Shown: positions 61,345-64,000 of the stretch, piece by piece
How positions within the stretch are numbered: the stretch's first letter is position 1
How the letters are laid out: each line of letters starts with the position of its first letter
Origin: Candidatus Hydrogenedentota bacterium
Lineage (GTDB): Bacteria; Hydrogenedentota; Hydrogenedentia; Hydrogenedentales; SLHB01
DNA length: 64,000 bases
Direction of reading: 5' to 3'
Assembly: GCA_963668025.2 (NCBI GenBank)
Contig: CAXXTH010000009.1
Coordinates: 128,315 to 192,314 of the forward strand
The notes under the pieces: generated by a model
The model's input: the letters and a program-made list of their open reading frames with translations, nothing else
Told to the model about the DNA's origin: nothing
Databases searched by the model: none
Position numbers and translations under genes: made by a program

Positions 61345-62370
61345 TCATACGGTTGGTATCCCCGGTTTCTCGGATATGCCGGCTATGCTGATCCCAAAAG
61401 GCATGGAAACGTAGGGAATAAGCGCTATTTCGCCCATCAGGACTTGTTGCGCCAGTGTATTTAGCCATTTCGGCGGGAGGGCGAACTCACGCAGGATATC
61501 GGACGGAGCCGTTGAGCGAACGGGGAAAAGTTTTTCAATGAGGAGGTACGCGAGCGCCGGGAGGACAAATAACGGGAACAAATACGTGAGGCGTTTGGGA
61601 ACAAAGCCTGCGCCGCGCAGGCGTCTGCTTAATTCCTTGCGGGTATATCGCCGCTTGTGGCCGATTAAGCTGTCGCAATTGCGCCAGAGATGCGGCAGCG
61701 CGGGCGCTAGAATCAGAAAATGCCCGCCGGGCCGTAGCACCCGATGGGCTTCCCGCATCACGCCTACATCATCCTGGACATGCTCGAGGACATCCAGGCA
61801 GAGCACGGCATCAAATTGATTATCCGCGAATGGCAGCGCATCCCCATGCGATGCATAAATGTGATGCAATCCCTCATCCTGGCATTTCTGTAGCGCGGAT
61901 AGGGAAGCATCTATTCCCGCTATATCCGCTCCAAGCCCGGCCATATGGCGCGCGATGAATCCGGTGCCGCATCCAATGTCCAAAACACGGAGCCCGTCTA
62001 GCCTATGGTATTTCCGCACCATCTTTTCAATCAGTTTGCGGCGGACTTGGAATATGAAGTGGCCAGCTTTCTCCCTGTCGTACAGAAGCTCCAGTAATTG
62101 CAAGGAGAAGCCATCGTCAATAGGGGTGTTCCCGGCAGGAAGAAAATCAGGGAAGCCTTTGCTGGCTGGATAAGCTCTGCCGCATTGTCCGCAGGAATAG
62201 CCTTCAGAGGAAGCCTGAAGAGGCCCTTTACACCGGGGACATGCCAGCACAGGCCATCCAGGAGGACCGGTGAATGGCTCGGTTCTCATGCAGTTTCGCG
62301 TAATGCAAGCATTCTCCCGCAACATATTCGGTCCTTGCCTGCGCCGGTATGAAAGTAAACCGGATAGCAC
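61345..62370 (-). CDS. Class I SAM methyltransferase with N-terminal Trm112-like zinc finger (start uncertain)
   Basis: LACPRC..CGQC..YP..GFPDF; VLDIGCGTG; DVLEH; RVLRPGG; HKRRY. Confidence 0.85.
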   Translation of the reverse strand: MLSGLLSYRRRQGPNMLRENACITRNCMRTEPFTGPPGWPVLACPRCKGPLQASSEGYSCGQCGRAYPASKGFPDFLPAGNTPIDDGFSLQLLELLYDREKAGHFIFQVRRKLIEKMVRKYHRLDGLRVLDIGCGTGFIARHMAGLGADIAGIDASLSALQKCQDEGLHHIYASHGDALPFADNQFDAVLCLDVLEHVQDDVGVMREAHRVLRPGGHFLILAPALPHLWRNCDSLIGHKRRYTRKELSRRLRGAGFVPKRLTYLFPLFVLPALAYLLIEKLFPVRSTAPSDILREFALPPKWLNTLAQQVLMGEIALIPYVSMPFGISIAGISEKPGIPTV

Positions 62371-62481
62371 TCAGGTTACTAAACGGCTCATGAGAGAATT
62401 ATGTATCTATGCATGGAGGATGTCAAGATCCTAGTTCATCCATGCGTCCTTATGGCCGCTCCCGCATTCCCGCCAGCAGGC

Positions 62482-64000
62482 TTAAGAACCATGGGAATAT
62501 GCCGCCCGCTGTTTAGGCAGCCAACGGTCAAGCAGATCCCGGCAGTTGAGCACTTTCTCGGCCAGATCGAGCGGTACGTAGTAGTATTGATTCGAGGATT
62601 CAAATCCGATTCGGGAATCATGGGATTGGATGTCATAGAGCCGCCGGGCAAGCGCGATTTCCGCGCGCAATGATTTCTCTATTGCATTAAGACAACCGGC
62701 TTTACTGGCTTCTGGCATGTTTACGTCCGCAAGCGCATTTCTTGCCATAATATACTGGGCTTGGGTGGCGGCGCTGCGGAAATGCACGGCGGCGGCCTCC
62801 GCCACGCGCCATTCGGCAGTGGCTTCACACATTTGGCTTGCACTAAGTGAAGCCTGCTGTATGGCGGCGTTTAAGCAGGCGGAGGCGGCGTCAAATCCAT
62901 CCGCCACCCTATCGAGCTGGGAAGCGAAAACCTCTGAAGGATACACGCTACGCCATGCATCGAGATCATCGTAGGGGAAGCCTACCATGGATGCATGGTA
63001 CCCCCGTTGGCTTTTCCCATAATAGGTTAGCCGGACCCATCTGTAGGGGCGCGCTGTAGACCACGCCGATGTGGAAGGGGAATTCTTTAAAAGACGCGCT
63101 CATTGTCTTCCACGCCTGGACCACCGCTGGTGCAAGGGCTTGGCCGAAACGGTTCGCAGCCACATCGAGCATAGCCTGTTCCACGGTCATCGGAGCGGGC
63201 AGGTTCTTTTCCCCTATTCTCGCGACAATTTCCAGGTTCGGTGACGGGTATCCTCCAAGCGTCCAGCCAAGCATCAGCCCATCGATTTGGGCGTCGCGGA
63301 GATTGGCGGCGTGCCGTGCAACATTCTCGACGGCAGGGATGTATGGCACGGCGGAGAGTTCCCAGGTATTCCCCGCCTGGATTTTGGCCAGTGTCTTGAG
63401 CCCACGGCCGCGTGCGATGCCCCAATTGCGGAGCGCGCGCGGGCCCGGACCCACGGTCGAGATCGAATACTCACCCACCACACTGTCGACGCCTCCACGC
63501 TGGATAGGGATGTCCCACTCGCTCACGCTCAGAAGGCTTACTTGCTCTGGCAGCGCGTTAATAAGTGGTTCCACCCATTCGTTTGGCCATCCCCAGTCCC
63601 AGGCGATTAACCGGGCCTGGCATCCCGAACGTTCTATGCCCTCTTGGATGTTGCGGTGCAGCGTAGCGATGACTTCGGCAGGTGTCGATTTGCCGCAGCG
63701 GGCGCAGTTGAGGCCTTGGTTATGTGACCAGCAGTTGGTGAGGTTTTCCGAGGCCGAGATCGTGAAGAAACCGGCAATATCAGGAACGGCTTTACAGATG
63801 GATGCGATGGAATCACGGAGATATGCCTGCACATCGGGATGGCTCGAACAGAGAGCTGCGTAATCGCCTTCAACCACCCCCTTCAACTCTGGCCGGGAAT
63901 CATAGAAGGCGAGTGGCATGGCCCGGGGTTCATTCAAATATAGGAAGACGCCGATATCGTGCTTGCGCGCCCGTTCAACCAGTTTTCGGAGGTTTTCAAT
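62482..64000 (-). CDS. Large hypothetical protein, 5' end outside the window, with an apparent frameshift at 63001-63005
   Basis: ORFs 62966-63937 and 62482-62988 join as ...KPTGYHASMVGFPYDD... if one G is removed from the G5 run. Confidence 0.7.

Noticed and set aside
46409-62370. RiPP cluster (SPASM plus B12 radical SAMs)
   Set aside because: No credible precursor peptide, RRE/PqqD domain, peptidase or exporter seen; the accessory genes are sugar/lipid-carrier type. Not fully excluded.

Overview
GC-rich bacterial chromosomal window, probably from an anaerobic diderm. The gene style suggests a PVC/Hydrogenedentota-like lineage, but that is only an impression. Left to right: (1) a glycyl radical enzyme (GRE) with an N-terminal twin-arginine (Tat) signal peptide, plus its radical-SAM activase; (2) a ~14.6 kb LacI-associated sugar catabolism locus (GH36, YhcH, Gfo/Idh/MocA, cyclase, Eda, KdgK, SDR, YciI, LsrF, class II aldolase, enolase-family dehydratase, RhaT-type transporter); (3) cysK; (4) a decayed AT-rich islet at the 3' end of tRNA-Arg(UCU); (5) housekeeping genes (degenerate M1 peptidase, PilT, CoaE, MFP plus two RND transporters, IlvB, RpsA); (6) two IS elements 75 bp apart upstream of rpsA; (7) a ~16 kb biosynthetic/envelope-modification cluster with five cobalamin-binding radical-SAM enzymes, a SPASM/twitch radical SAM, two methyltransferases, a DegT aminotransferase, a deacetylase, an ATP-grasp ligase and a GT2, interrupted by a HEPN-like gene. 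The best novelty candidates are the Tat-signal GRE and the poly-B12-radical-SAM cluster. Three single-base homopolymer frameshifts suggest long-read assembly errors. All family calls come from motif recognition by eye; no searches were run.
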